64,000 nt of DNA from a candidate division BRC1 bacterium HGW-BRC1-1 (GCA_002842095.1 PHCB01000011.1:96481-160480); one strand, 5' to 3'; shown: positions 18,439 to 28,279, counted from the stretch's first letter. Made by a program: numbers and translations. The notes: generated by a model not told the origin, from the letters alone.

Positions 18439-18996
18439 ATGCGCATTATTGCCGGCGAATGGCGCGGTACAAATATCCACACGCCCAAGGGTGAAACGAC
18501 ACGCCCAACCCTTTCGCGCATCCGCGAAGCGCTCTTCTCAATGATAGCAAATGAGCTTCCCGGTGCCCGTGTTTTGGATGTTTTTGCCGGCAGTGGATCA
18601 CTGGGATTCGAAGCGTTAAGTCGCGGTGCATCCATGTGCGATTTTGTGGACACGGGGCGCGACGTTCAGGAATGCCTTCGTCGGAACGTCGAAAAACTCC
18701 ACTGCGAAAACCGCGCGCGAATCCACCTGCGCGATGCGGCGTCGTACCTTCGCTCCCCCGCCCCGAGCAACGTGCAGTGGGATATTATCCTGTGTGATCC
18801 CCCCTACGGTTCGAAGAGCGTAAGCGGTGCCCTTCACTCCATCACCGAATCTCCCGGCCTTAACATGGAAACTCTCGTGATTCTTCAATCCGCTCGAAAG
18901 GATGAAGTTCTCCTTCCTTCATCGACCATCGAAGAAATCCGACGCCGTGATTACGGAGAAACCGCCCTGCATTTCTTCCGTCTGCGGCGACCGTGA
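18439..18996 (+). CDS. rsmD: 16S rRNA (guanine966-N2)-methyltransferase
   Basis: MRIIAGEWRG, TRPTLSRIREALFSM, VLDVFAGSGSLGFEALSRGA and ILCDPPY. I chose the ATG at 18439 rather than the longer track ORF starting at 18349. Confidence 0.85.
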   Translation: MRIIAGEWRGTNIHTPKGETTRPTLSRIREALFSMIANELPGARVLDVFAGSGSLGFEALSRGASMCDFVDTGRDVQECLRRNVEKLHCENRARIHLRDAASYLRSPAPSNVQWDIILCDPPYGSKSVSGALHSITESPGLNMETLVILQSARKDEVLLPSSTIEEIRRRDYGETALHFFRLRRP

Positions 18997-19070
18997 AAAA
19001 AGAAAATGCAATCGGGAAGAAGCAATCCCGCTGCAATGTATATATTTCTACACAACGGTTCGAGGTTGGC

Positions 19071-19565
19071 ATGGAAAACTTCTACGGCACATCCCAACGC
19101 GAGAATGCTCTTCTTCTGTTTGAGAAGGCATTCGATTGTCAGATGAAAGGCGATTTACATCGCGCGCTCACGCTCTACCGTGAATCTGTAGAACTCTACC
19201 CGTATGCAGAAGCGTATACTTTTATGGGCTGGACCATGGGATGTCTGGGTCGCCTGACCGAGGCTATCGACCTATGCCGCCGCGCCATTCGCGTCGATCC
19301 TGATTTCGGCAATCCATACAACGACATCGGTGTTTACCTTATGGAACAAGGGCATTACGACGAAGCCGAACCCTGGCTCGAGCGCGCCCTGCGAGCACCG
19401 CGCTACGACTGCCTCCACTATCCGTGGTTCAATCTCGGTCGAATCCATGAATCTCGTCAGGACTTTCATCTGGCCAAACAGTGCTATGCCCGCGCACTCC
19501 GGGAAAATCCGAATTACTGTCTGGCGCGCAAAGCACTTTTTTCACTCATTTCTCGCATGAACTAA
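19071..19565 (+). CDS. TPR repeat protein
   Basis: TPR-like repeats are present (ALTLYRESVELYPYAEAYTFMGW, AIDLCRRAIRVDPDFGNPYNDIGVY, AKQCYARALRENPNY). The alternative start is the GTG at 18993, which overlaps the rsmD stop. Confidence 0.65.
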   Translation: MENFYGTSQRENALLLFEKAFDCQMKGDLHRALTLYRESVELYPYAEAYTFMGWTMGCLGRLTEAIDLCRRAIRVDPDFGNPYNDIGVYLMEQGHYDEAEPWLERALRAPRYDCLHYPWFNLGRIHESRQDFHLAKQCYARALRENPNYCLARKALFSLISRMN

Positions 19566-19653
19566 ACCTCTCCCGCCTCGGTTCCCCCTCTTCTCGGGAC
19601 ACCAGATTTTTGCTTGAGGCAGAGTTCCCGTTTGTCCTTCATCTAAATTCACG

Positions 19654-20922
19654 ATGTCGCTCTCACACGAAAACGGGTCCGATCCCGGCAAACCACCGCA
19701 GCCTGAAATTTTGATTTTTGCCGGGGAATTGAAACATGACCCCCAGGGGAAATTTTCGCGTCCGGTGCAACTGGCCCGAGCCCTCGGTCGTGCCGGCTTT
19801 TCTATTACGATAGCGCTGCCAGACCCGGAGTCTGTGGACGACAAATTCGAAATCCCCATCACCCCCTCTGAATCACGCACACTACCCGGCCTGCTGAAGC
19901 GGCACGACGTTGTCATCTCCACCGGAACCGAGTATGGTCCAAGGGAAATGGTGCGCGAACCTTTCATCCAGATTTTCGATGTTGCCGATCTGAGCTTTCA
20001 CCAACTCGCCTGCGTGCGCGATAATGAATCTGCCCGACTTCCCCTCATTGCAGAAACAGGCGACCTTCTGCTCTGCGCCAACATTTACCAGCGAGATTAC
20101 TGGCACGGTGCCGCCACAGCCTTTGGGCGTTTTGCGGAGCATGAAGGGCGCAACATGAACACCCAACGCATTGCTGCGGTGGTTCCTCACGGACACGACG
20201 GTTCCAAGCCGCCCAAAGCCTCCGGCCAATTGCGGGGGGCCTTGCAGGGCATTCATAGTGACGACACGCTCTTCATCTGGAATTCCGACTACGAATCATT
20301 CCTCGACCCTCTCGGCGCGCTGGAAGCTCTGGCCCGGGCGATCAAAATCAAACCCGAAATCAAGATTCTGTTTCTTCCCCCACGGCCAACGGCCACCCCG
20401 GCGGAGGTGCAATTACATGGCGAAACTCAAACCGCGTTGGATAAGTGGGAAACCCTGAAGGGCAAAGTTTACTTCCTGAATGAATCCTTCTCCGAAGACG
20501 AAAGGCTCGCGCTCCTGAGCGAAGCGGATGCTGCGCTGATTTTCTCGACCGATTCCCCCGGCGCCCGCCTGTGGGCAGGGCGTCCCTTCACCGAAGCCAT
20601 CCGGGCGCGGGTCCCGTTCGCGAACTCCCTCGGTGGAGCATCCGTGCAAAACCCCACCGGAGATGTCATCAGCGTAGCCGCCCGCCCGGGAGACATTGAA
20701 CACATGGCGGAGAAAATAATCGAGCTGACCGATCCCGGACGGCGCAACCGAATGATCGTAAACCTCGATCGCATCCATGCGGACTTCTCATGGGATCAAG
20801 TGGTCAAGCCCCTCGTTGAATACCTGCACCACCTGCCAAAGATACCGGCCAGACATGACAGCGCTGAGGAAACCGGTTGGGGAATGACAATCCGACGCAC
20901 CGTGGAAAAGTTCTTCGGGTGA
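19654..20922 (+). CDS. Hypothetical protein, possibly a GT-B fold glycosyltransferase-like protein
   Basis: Length is 422 aa with an alternating alpha/beta character. The C-terminal half (LFLPPRP...VYFLNESFSEDERLALLSEADAALIFS) is reminiscent of the GT4 C-domain. The call is weak. Confidence 0.45.
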   Translation: MSLSHENGSDPGKPPQPEILIFAGELKHDPQGKFSRPVQLARALGRAGFSITIALPDPESVDDKFEIPITPSESRTLPGLLKRHDVVISTGTEYGPREMVREPFIQIFDVADLSFHQLACVRDNESARLPLIAETGDLLLCANIYQRDYWHGAATAFGRFAEHEGRNMNTQRIAAVVPHGHDGSKPPKASGQLRGALQGIHSDDTLFIWNSDYESFLDPLGALEALARAIKIKPEIKILFLPPRPTATPAEVQLHGETQTALDKWETLKGKVYFLNESFSEDERLALLSEADAALIFSTDSPGARLWAGRPFTEAIRARVPFANSLGGASVQNPTGDVISVAARPGDIEHMAEKIIELTDPGRRNRMIVNLDRIHADFSWDQVVKPLVEYLHHLPKIPARHDSAEETGWGMTIRRTVEKFFG

Positions 20923-20951
20923 CACCTCCCGCCAAAAGATCCCCGGGAAAA

Positions 20952-21575
20952 ATGAACCTGCCCAACAGGCTCACGCTTCTGCGAATCTTGCTCATCCCTT
21001 TTTTTGTGGGATTGATGCTGGTGGAAAACGTGACCTCGGACCTTCGACTGATCACACCAGCCCGGTGGTTGGGGCTCACTGTATTTATCGCCGCCGCCAT
21101 CACGGACTATTACGATGGTGCCATCGCTCGCAGCCGAAACATGATCACCAGCTTTGGAAAACTTTTCGACCCCCTCGCAGACAAACTTCTCACCATGGCG
21201 GCCTTTGTTGTTTTCGTCGAGATACAGCTTCCTTCCGGACGTCCCATTTTCCCCGCATGGGCAATCGTAGTTGTGCTGGCGCGTGAGTTCCTGGTGACTG
21301 GCCTCCGCACCCTGGCCATCAGCGAGGGGCGTGTCATTCAGGCCGACCGATGGGGAAAACACAAAACCGCCTGGCAGCTCTCTGCCATCATATCCATCAC
21401 GGCGCTATTGTGCCTGCGCGATTCCCTCATGCTGGCCGGCATCGACACCAAATATCTCGATCTGTTCCTGCCATGGATTTGCGGCATCCTGCTGGCAATC
21501 GTCATCTTTCTGACGGTCATGTCAGGCTATATCTATCTGGCCAAAAATCGAGACCTGCTTCGTGATGACAACTGA
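20952..21575 (+). CDS. pgsA: CDP-diacylglycerol--glycerol-3-phosphate 3-phosphatidyltransferase (CDP-alcohol phosphatidyltransferase family)
   Basis: MNLPNRLTLLRILLIPFF and the family motif DYYDGAIARSRNMITSFGKLFDPLADK. The ATG at 20952 is chosen over the track start at 20877. Confidence 0.85.
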   Translation: MNLPNRLTLLRILLIPFFVGLMLVENVTSDLRLITPARWLGLTVFIAAAITDYYDGAIARSRNMITSFGKLFDPLADKLLTMAAFVVFVEIQLPSGRPIFPAWAIVVVLAREFLVTGLRTLAISEGRVIQADRWGKHKTAWQLSAIISITALLCLRDSLMLAGIDTKYLDLFLPWICGILLAIVIFLTVMSGYIYLAKNRDLLRDDN

Positions 21576-22713
21576 CCCGGCGCCCATTGTGAACACCGAT
21601 GCCTGGCTTTCCTGGATCGAAATTGATATCGAAGCCATTCGACACAATTTTCGTATTTTCCGAAGTTTAGTCCCCCCAACGACCGCCATGTTCGCTGTCG
21701 TAAAGGCTGATGCATACGGGCACGGCGCCATCCCTGTAGCCAGGGCTTTGGCGCAGGAGGGGGCAGAGGTTCTTTGTGTCGCTCGCGTTGAAGAAGCGCT
21801 GGAGTTGCGGGGCGCTGGCATTGCAACTCCCCTTCTTGTCTTCGCTCCTCCTTTTGGCCCCCAAGCGCTGGCAGTAGCCGGTCAAAACATTGCCCTCACC
21901 ATTTCTTCCGTCGAACATCTCGCCGCTGTAAGTCAGGCCGTTGCCGGTACGGGTGCCGACATACCGGTGCACATTAAAGTGGACGTGGGAATGGGGCGAC
22001 TCGGCATCAAACCAGAGGACGCGTTAACCTTCGCTCAAGTAACAACGGGTCGATCAGGCATCATTCTCGCCGGCGTGATGACCCACTTCCCCTGTGCCGA
22101 TCAGGGGCGCGGGGAAACCACCCTCCAACAGTTGGAAACCTTCAAAGAAGTGCGCCAAGCTTTTCACGAGGCAGGGATTTTTCCGCGATATTTTCACTGT
22201 GCCAATAGCGCGGCCACGTTGGATTTTCCCGAATCACATCTCGATGCGATCCGTCCGGGAATCAGCCTGTACGGTCTGATGCCTTCACCCGATGTTATCG
22301 CCCAACCAGATCTGCGCCCGGCAATGGCGATGCGTACCAGAATTACCCTTCTGAAAGAGGTTCCGACCGCAACGCCCTTGAGCTATGGTGGAACATTTGT
22401 AACCAAGGGCCCTTCGCGCATCGCTACTGTGCCCGCTGGTTACGCAGACGGTTATCCCCGCCATGCAAGCAGCCGTGCTGTCGCTCTTCTTCACGGTCAA
22501 AGAGTGCCACAGGTGGGCCGTGTTTGCATGGACCAGATTCTGTTCGATGTTACAAATGTTGAACGGGTCAGCGTCGGAGACATCATAACCCTCTTCGGCG
22601 AAGATGAAGGGAACTTCCTGTCTGCGGAAGAATTGGCCGTGGCCGGTGGAACCATCGGATACGAGATTACTACCCGCATTGGTAAGCGACTGCCCCGACA
22701 CGTCGTAGGCTGA
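21562..22713 (+). CDS. alr: Alanine racemase
   Basis: PLP-lysine motif AVVKADAYGHGA, and C-terminal PAGYADGYPR and GRVCMDQ. It overlaps the pgsA end by 14 nt. Confidence 0.92.
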   Translation: MMTTDPAPIVNTDAWLSWIEIDIEAIRHNFRIFRSLVPPTTAMFAVVKADAYGHGAIPVARALAQEGAEVLCVARVEEALELRGAGIATPLLVFAPPFGPQALAVAGQNIALTISSVEHLAAVSQAVAGTGADIPVHIKVDVGMGRLGIKPEDALTFAQVTTGRSGIILAGVMTHFPCADQGRGETTLQQLETFKEVRQAFHEAGIFPRYFHCANSAATLDFPESHLDAIRPGISLYGLMPSPDVIAQPDLRPAMAMRTRITLLKEVPTATPLSYGGTFVTKGPSRIATVPAGYADGYPRHASSRAVALLHGQRVPQVGRVCMDQILFDVTNVERVSVGDIITLFGEDEGNFLSAEELAVAGGTIGYEITTRIGKRLPRHVVG

Positions 22714-22714
22714 T

Positions 22715-23566
22715 CTAATGCACGATGATTCTGTGACGATTCGCCGCGATAATCGCCGGACCAATCCCCTTCACCCGGTCTAATGCATCGGCGGATGAAA
22801 AAGGCCCGTTCATCTGACGATTCAAAATGATGGTTCTCGCCTTAACCTCTCCGATCAATTTCAACGACATCAGTTCTTCCATGGTTGCCGTGTTTATGTT
22901 AACCGGACCGGTGTATTCCGTCTTCGTCGATTGAGACGCTGAGGGAGGGAGCGACAACATCGGTGCGATTGGAGCCGCTACGGGACGCATGGCCACCGGA
23001 TTTGGCGTGGGGGCAACAGACGCTGAACCAACGGCTTGGTTGGGAATAGGCGCACTCTGCTCGGCTGCAGACGCGGTTCCACTCTGTCCCTGGTTTGAAC
23101 CTCCAACCGTCACCAGAGGCGCTATTTTTGCCAGAACGCTCGGGCCAATACCTTTGATCCTATCCAGTTCATAAACCGAATTGAACCCGCCGGCATTGCG
23201 ACGATATTCCACGATATCGCGCGCCTTGGCGGGGCCGATCCCCGGTAATGAATCCAGAGTTATTTCATCGGCCGTGTTCAAATCGATAAGCATGGCGGCC
23301 GACACCGATGTGCCCGCATTCCCTGGACCCAAATTCGCTAAGCTCCGGACTGGACCCTTCGCATCCATTAGCAAGTTTCCTGCGGGAGATTGGCCTGCCA
23401 CAAAAAACGAACGGGAAGCCTGCCAACGCTCGAACCCCATCCAAAAAGCGCCAACACAAACTGCAACCATCAGAAACACCAAAGCATTACGTTCGTGACG
23501 CGTGATCCCCGATAGCACCCTCGGCAATCCTCCTTGCCCCATAAAAGGAAACGAAAGCCGTTTCAT
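22715..23566 (-). CDS. ComEA-like membrane-anchored DNA-binding protein with two helix-hairpin-helix modules
   Basis: There is an N-terminal TM segment. Two HhH modules follow: DLNTADEITLDSLPGIGPAKARDIVEYRRNAGGFNSVYELDRIKGIGPSVLAKI and INTATMEELMSLKLIGEVKARTIILNRQMNGPFSSADALDRVKGIGPAII. Confidence 0.8.
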   Translation of the reverse strand: MKRLSFPFMGQGGLPRVLSGITRHERNALVFLMVAVCVGAFWMGFERWQASRSFFVAGQSPAGNLLMDAKGPVRSLANLGPGNAGTSVSAAMLIDLNTADEITLDSLPGIGPAKARDIVEYRRNAGGFNSVYELDRIKGIGPSVLAKIAPLVTVGGSNQGQSGTASAAEQSAPIPNQAVGSASVAPTPNPVAMRPVAAPIAPMLSLPPSASQSTKTEYTGPVNINTATMEELMSLKLIGEVKARTIILNRQMNGPFSSADALDRVKGIGPAIIAANRHRIIVH

Positions 23567-23664
23567 AGCCTCTCGCTTTTGATTGTCCCTCTTCCAGAAT
23601 AGCTTAAAGGGGGAAAATCAAAGGGAAAATCTACCGATTAAGATTTTTCGATTCTTTCAGGCTG

Positions 23665-25158
23665 TCAGACTTTGGGGTGCAAGGCAAAGCTCCGTACCAA
23701 CTCCACGAAGGTCCGCACGCCAAAGCCGGTTCCACCGGCTCCCAGATAACGCCACGGTTTATCGAGCATGAAAGTTCCGGCGATATCCAGATGGGCCCAT
23801 GTCATCTTGGGATCAACAAATTCCTTAAGGAACAACGCAGCCGTGATGGCTCCTGCACGCGGAGAATTTCCCGTGTTGTTCAGGTCGGCCGCTTCGCATT
23901 TCAACATCTCGGCATACTCGGCATGAAGCGGAAGCCTCCAGAACATCTCCCCGGCAGCACTCCCCGAAGCATCGATGCGAGCCGCCCAACTATCCTCGTC
24001 GGTGAACACCGCCGCCATGGCGGGACCCAATGCATTAGCGGCAGAACCGGTGAGAGTCGCGATGTCGACCGCATGGGATGCCTTTAACCGGGCGGCCTCC
24101 TGCAGAGCATCCATCAAAAGCAAACGTCCCTCAGCATCCGTGTTGTCGATCTGAACCGTTTTGCCGTTCGCCGTACGGATAATATCGCCGGGAAGCATTG
24201 CCTTCGCGTCGACAGCGTTGCAGGCGGCGGGAACGATTCCGGTCACCTCGACAGGAAGTTTCATCTCCGCGATAGCTCCCATGGCCGCCACTACGGCCGC
24301 GCCACCCGCCATGTCCCCTTTCATCTTCCACATGTCTCGTGCGGGTTTGATGCAGTATCCACCGGTGTCGAACGTAACCCCCTTACCCACCAGCGCAAGG
24401 TGAACACCTTTCACGGTCTTCGTGGGTTTGTAGTGGAGAACGATCATGCAGGGTGGCGTTACACTCCCCTGACCCACCATCGCCACGCCGTTGTAACCGG
24501 CCTTGCGCAGGGCCGCGTCGTTCATGATTCGACAGGTCAGACTTCCATGAGCGGCAGCCACCTTTTTGGCCTGGTCGGCCAATGCGGTTGGGTTCATCTC
24601 GGAGGGAGGCGTGTTCACCAGATCGCGCGCAAGATTAGTCCACTTCGCCAGCGAAAGTGCTTCGTCCACGCCACTCTGAACAGACTTCGAAGCCGTGCCC
24701 GCCAGCAGGATTTCCGCTTTAAGACGTTGCTTGGAAACTTTCCGTGCAGACCCCTTACCATCAGTATACTCATAAGCTGCCAATGCGACGCCCTCTGCGG
24801 CTGCCTTCACCCAGTCCTTCCCCTGCTCCCCATCCAGCAGCAGCACAACGCGGTCGACCTTCAGTTTGCGGGCAAGTTTCCATGCTTCTGCAGCAGCAGT
24901 TTTCAAGGCTTCCCGCCCCTCGACATACTTGATACGACTCAGCATGAATCGGGCAGCGAAACCCCGCCCCTCGCTTGAGCTACCCACAGGAATCGGATAG
25001 GGGGGATGACAATCGGACAACTCCACCAAATCTCCGCCGCCCAGTTTTCCCCATGTTTCCTTGCTGGAAAGATCTCCCAAATCGGCCTTCTCGCTGAATG
25101 CTGCGAAAAGTGTGGCCACTGATTTTCCAGGTTTGGCGATTAACTTGATCTTGTCCAT
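23665..25158 (-). CDS. pepA: Leucyl aminopeptidase (M17 family)
   Basis: VGKGVTFDTGGYCIKP, MKGDMAGGAAV and NTDAEGRLLLMDAL. The ATG at 25158 (MDKIKL) is preceded by AGGAG; the track ORF extends to 25218. Confidence 0.92.
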   Translation of the reverse strand: MDKIKLIAKPGKSVATLFAAFSEKADLGDLSSKETWGKLGGGDLVELSDCHPPYPIPVGSSSEGRGFAARFMLSRIKYVEGREALKTAAAEAWKLARKLKVDRVVLLLDGEQGKDWVKAAAEGVALAAYEYTDGKGSARKVSKQRLKAEILLAGTASKSVQSGVDEALSLAKWTNLARDLVNTPPSEMNPTALADQAKKVAAAHGSLTCRIMNDAALRKAGYNGVAMVGQGSVTPPCMIVLHYKPTKTVKGVHLALVGKGVTFDTGGYCIKPARDMWKMKGDMAGGAAVVAAMGAIAEMKLPVEVTGIVPAACNAVDAKAMLPGDIIRTANGKTVQIDNTDAEGRLLLMDALQEAARLKASHAVDIATLTGSAANALGPAMAAVFTDEDSWAARIDASGSAAGEMFWRLPLHAEYAEMLKCEAADLNNTGNSPRAGAITAALFLKEFVDPKMTWAHLDIAGTFMLDKPWRYLGAGGTGFGVRTFVELVRSFALHPKV

Positions 25159-25256
25159 GACTGACTCCTGTTGTATAAAATCTCCATGAAAGTGATGAAA
25201 CCACTTCTCACCGTGCAACGGAAAAGAATCGCCACGCGACCTGTGAAAGCTCCGCT

Positions 25257-26258
25257 GTGAAGAGACTGATTGATAGGGGCAACGCCGCGCTCGATTGTGT
25301 GCGAACAGAAGAATGGCTGCTGGCTTCCATTCTTGTGATGATTGGCTCCATTCATTGGCTTCTCTCGGTGCCAGTAAGTTTGGTTCAATCCCTGCAGGAA
25401 AATGTTATTGCGGATCCGTCTGTGCAAACCGGCTTAGGGCTGGCCTTCCTCGGATTAGTCATTCTCGCGGGATGGGCCATTATCGGACGGCCTGACAACA
25501 TAGGAAGAAGAACCCTGGGAATTTTCCGAGACTTTCTGCCGTTCGCGCTCATGTATGTTATTTACGAAAGCGTCCACACGATCGGGCCAAGCCTGCATGG
25601 GATCACCTACGATACGGCGCTTTCGAAAATCGACCTCGCTCTGTTTCGATCCGAAGCCTACGTCGATTTTCCCGTAGCGGTTTTCCGCACCCCGCATTAT
25701 CGCTTCGCCGCCTACTATCTCGCTTTTTGTTACTCTGTCGTATTTGTGGTTTATTGGGGCCTGGGAATTTTTCTCCGTGGCACACGGTCGCGTCTGGTTT
25801 TTCGTCGCTACATGCTCAGCGTCCTGATGACCAGCCTCTTTGCGTACCTCAGTTATATCCTTGTGCCGGCCCAGGGGCCCTACGAATCGTTTGTTCGCAA
25901 CGACATCGCAGCGCAATTTGGTCAATGGAGCAGCTACGCCGGTGCCCTTTCCATCGCCAGTTTTGCCGATAACATCCGCATTATGCACCCGGGTGGACAA
26001 GCCGCCTTCGATGCCTTCCCGAGTCTTCACACCGCCTGGGCAGTTCTCATGATCGGCTTTTCGGCCCGTCACGTTCCCAAACTGCTCTGGCTGATCGTTC
26101 CATGGGCCTTCGGCACGATCCTCGGAGCCATCTACTTCCAGCAGCACTATCTGATCGATCTCGTGGCCGGCATCCCCCTGGCCGCCGCTGGTTGTTATGC
26201 GGCCCATCTCTTGCTCGTTACTAATGGGGAACTTCCGGCACATGAACAAATCGGGTAA
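25257..26258 (+). CDS. Polytopic membrane protein of the PAP2_C (AUR1 / sphingomyelin-synthase-like) phosphotransferase family
   Basis: Multiple TM segments, plus the paired motifs FPSLHTAWAV and QQHYLIDLVAGIPLA (the H-Y-x2-D-[VL]-x2-G signature). The start codon is GTG. Confidence 0.6.
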   Translation: MKRLIDRGNAALDCVRTEEWLLASILVMIGSIHWLLSVPVSLVQSLQENVIADPSVQTGLGLAFLGLVILAGWAIIGRPDNIGRRTLGIFRDFLPFALMYVIYESVHTIGPSLHGITYDTALSKIDLALFRSEAYVDFPVAVFRTPHYRFAAYYLAFCYSVVFVVYWGLGIFLRGTRSRLVFRRYMLSVLMTSLFAYLSYILVPAQGPYESFVRNDIAAQFGQWSSYAGALSIASFADNIRIMHPGGQAAFDAFPSLHTAWAVLMIGFSARHVPKLLWLIVPWAFGTILGAIYFQQHYLIDLVAGIPLAAAGCYAAHLLLVTNGELPAHEQIG

Positions 26259-26336
26259 CCTTGTTTGTGAAACGCCCCGCCTTTGCTCTTGCCCCTGCAC
26301 CGATAAATACTCTGTATCATCATCCGATAAACCATC

Positions 26337-27056
26337 ATGAACGAAAAGCCTCCCCTCCCCGCCAAGCTGCACCCGTTGTCTCCCGAAGGCAAACCGCTCG
26401 CACCTACTGCTCCCTGGAAGATTGTGCGGTTCTTGTTCCTCACTCACTTCCGGATTTTTCACGGTCTTCGCGTTCGTGGTCTTCATAACGTCCCTTCTCA
26501 GGGACCAATGTTACTCGCACCGAACCACGTGAGCTATTTTGATCCTCCCCTGGTTGGCTCCACATTTCCTCATCTGGTTCATTCCATGGCTTGGGATGCG
26601 CTTTTCCTTATTCCTGTCTTCGGTCGCGCCATTCGATCCTTCGGAGCATTCCCCGTTAAGCTTAACACCGCAGACAAGGGAGCCATCACTCAAAGTCTTC
26701 GTATCCTGAAGGGTGGTGCCTGCCTCGTGATCTTTCCCGAGGGAGGACGAAGCGAAACTGGTGGGTTACAGGAGTACGAACCGGGTGCCGCCCGGTTAGC
26801 AATTCAGACCGGCGCAACGGTCATACCTGTAACCATTCCCGGCGGGTTTGATGTCTGGCCAAGGTCGAACAAATTGCCGCGTTTGTACGGGCCAGTCACC
26901 GTAAAGTTTCACCCGCCCATTCCGGTCCATCAGGTTCACGGCCGCGACGCCTTGCAGGAGGCCTTGCCCGCTCTCATCGAGGCCATGCGGCATCCCGTGG
27001 AAAGAAGATTGCGCGCATACGAACGTCTCAAAATGCGGAAGTCGCGCTCCAAATAA
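26337..27056 (+). CDS. plsC: 1-acyl-sn-glycerol-3-phosphate acyltransferase
   Basis: Acyltransferase blocks APNHVSYFDPPLV and VIFPEGGRSETG. Confidence 0.88.
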   Translation: MNEKPPLPAKLHPLSPEGKPLAPTAPWKIVRFLFLTHFRIFHGLRVRGLHNVPSQGPMLLAPNHVSYFDPPLVGSTFPHLVHSMAWDALFLIPVFGRAIRSFGAFPVKLNTADKGAITQSLRILKGGACLVIFPEGGRSETGGLQEYEPGAARLAIQTGATVIPVTIPGGFDVWPRSNKLPRLYGPVTVKFHPPIPVHQVHGRDALQEALPALIEAMRHPVERRLRAYERLKMRKSRSK

Positions 27057-27059
27057 AAG

Positions 27060-28172
27060 CTACGAATGACCGCCAACATCATCTTCTGATGACACATCCT
27101 GCTCGCCGCTCTCCGGCGCCGCCGGCCCACGCACCGTTTCGAGGAACCGCATGTTCTCGACCAGAACCAGCATCCCCATGCTGATGATCACAACCAGTGC
27201 CAGCGTGGAGCGGGCTTCCAGCCGTTGCAACACATAGGCCGTCACGCCCAGATAAGCCGTGATGTAATAGAACGTCAGCACCGTGCGTCGCTCGGAAAAT
27301 CCCAATTGCAGAAATCGATGATGCAGGTGCCGTCGGTCCCCACGGAACGGATGCTGACCACGAATTGCGCGCCTGAAGAAAGCAAAAATGGTGTCGAATA
27401 TCGGAAGCCCCAGGGCAAGCAACGGCATGAGCAAAGCCAACAGGGCCGGGGCTTTCGTACTGGACATCAACGCCGTCCCCGCAAGCAGAAATCCGAGCAG
27501 AAGACTTCCCGCATCACCCATGAAAATGGTGGCCGGTTTGAAGTTGAATGGCAGGAATCCAAGACATGCGCCCAGAACCAAAACGGATATCAACGCACCG
27601 GCATACTGGCCCAGATCGAGAGAAATAGCGCAAAGGGTGGCGGCAGAAATAGCCGCGATGCCGGCGGCCAGACCATCCAGACCGTCAATCATGTTCAGGC
27701 CGTTCATTAATAAAGCGTACCACATCACGGTGCCCAGCAAGCTGAGCGGAGCCCACACCGTCATTTGACCGCCGAGGGGATTGCTGACCCGTTCAATGGC
27801 AAACCCAAAGCGATACATGAGATAACCAATGCCGATTTGGCCCAGTAGCTTGACCCACGGTTTCAAATCCAGCAAGTCATCGGTCATCCCTAGCCCGACC
27901 GTTGCAGTCGCGCCGATGAGAAGCCCCACCATCTGCCTGTCGGCCGACAACCACAACTCCGGTGACAGATGCAGCGCAGTCACGAGTCCGGCCACAAAGG
28001 CAAGATACATGGCGATGCCGCCCTCGTAGGCCACCGGATGGGGATGGGCTTTGCGATCCTTGGGGAAATCGAGAATGCCCACCTTGCGCATGGCACCTCT
28101 CACCAACCAGGTGAACAATACGCTCAGCCCGGTGGTGAGGCAGAAAACCAAAGATATTTGGCGAAGGTCCAA
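27060..28172 (-). CDS. Polyprenyl-phosphate N-acetylhexosamine-1-phosphate transferase (glycosyltransferase family 4, WecA/MraY family)
   Basis: GMTDDLLDL, NMIDGLDGLAAG, FMGDAGSLLLGF and a polytopic topology. The start codon is TTG. Confidence 0.85.
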   Translation of the reverse strand: MDLRQISLVFCLTTGLSVLFTWLVRGAMRKVGILDFPKDRKAHPHPVAYEGGIAMYLAFVAGLVTALHLSPELWLSADRQMVGLLIGATATVGLGMTDDLLDLKPWVKLLGQIGIGYLMYRFGFAIERVSNPLGGQMTVWAPLSLLGTVMWYALLMNGLNMIDGLDGLAAGIAAISAATLCAISLDLGQYAGALISVLVLGACLGFLPFNFKPATIFMGDAGSLLLGFLLAGTALMSSTKAPALLALLMPLLALGLPIFDTIFAFFRRAIRGQHPFRGDRRHLHHRFLQLGFSERRTVLTFYYITAYLGVTAYVLQRLEARSTLALVVIISMGMLVLVENMRFLETVRGPAAPESGEQDVSSEDDVGGHS

Positions 28173-28279
28173 ATCGATTATCCCGCGTCACAGTCAGGGA
28201 AGAATTTCATCAAAATCAACGCTTTAACCCGCTTCATGGAACTTCGATCATCTCAGCCACTCAAGAGTATGATTTGCAC

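Noticed and set aside
23606-23631. Tandem short repeat AAAGGGGGAAAATC / AAAGGGAAAATC between pepA and comEA
   Set aside because: There are only two imperfect copies of about 12 nt, too short to count as a repeat element. It may be part of the comEA promoter, but I cannot support that.
25455-26486. 343-aa ORF on the minus strand
   Set aside because: It lies entirely antisense to the PAP2_C gene and the start of plsC, both of which carry clear family motifs. Its translation is Arg/Gly/Glu-rich low complexity with no motif. This is a typical shadow ORF of GC-rich coding sequence.
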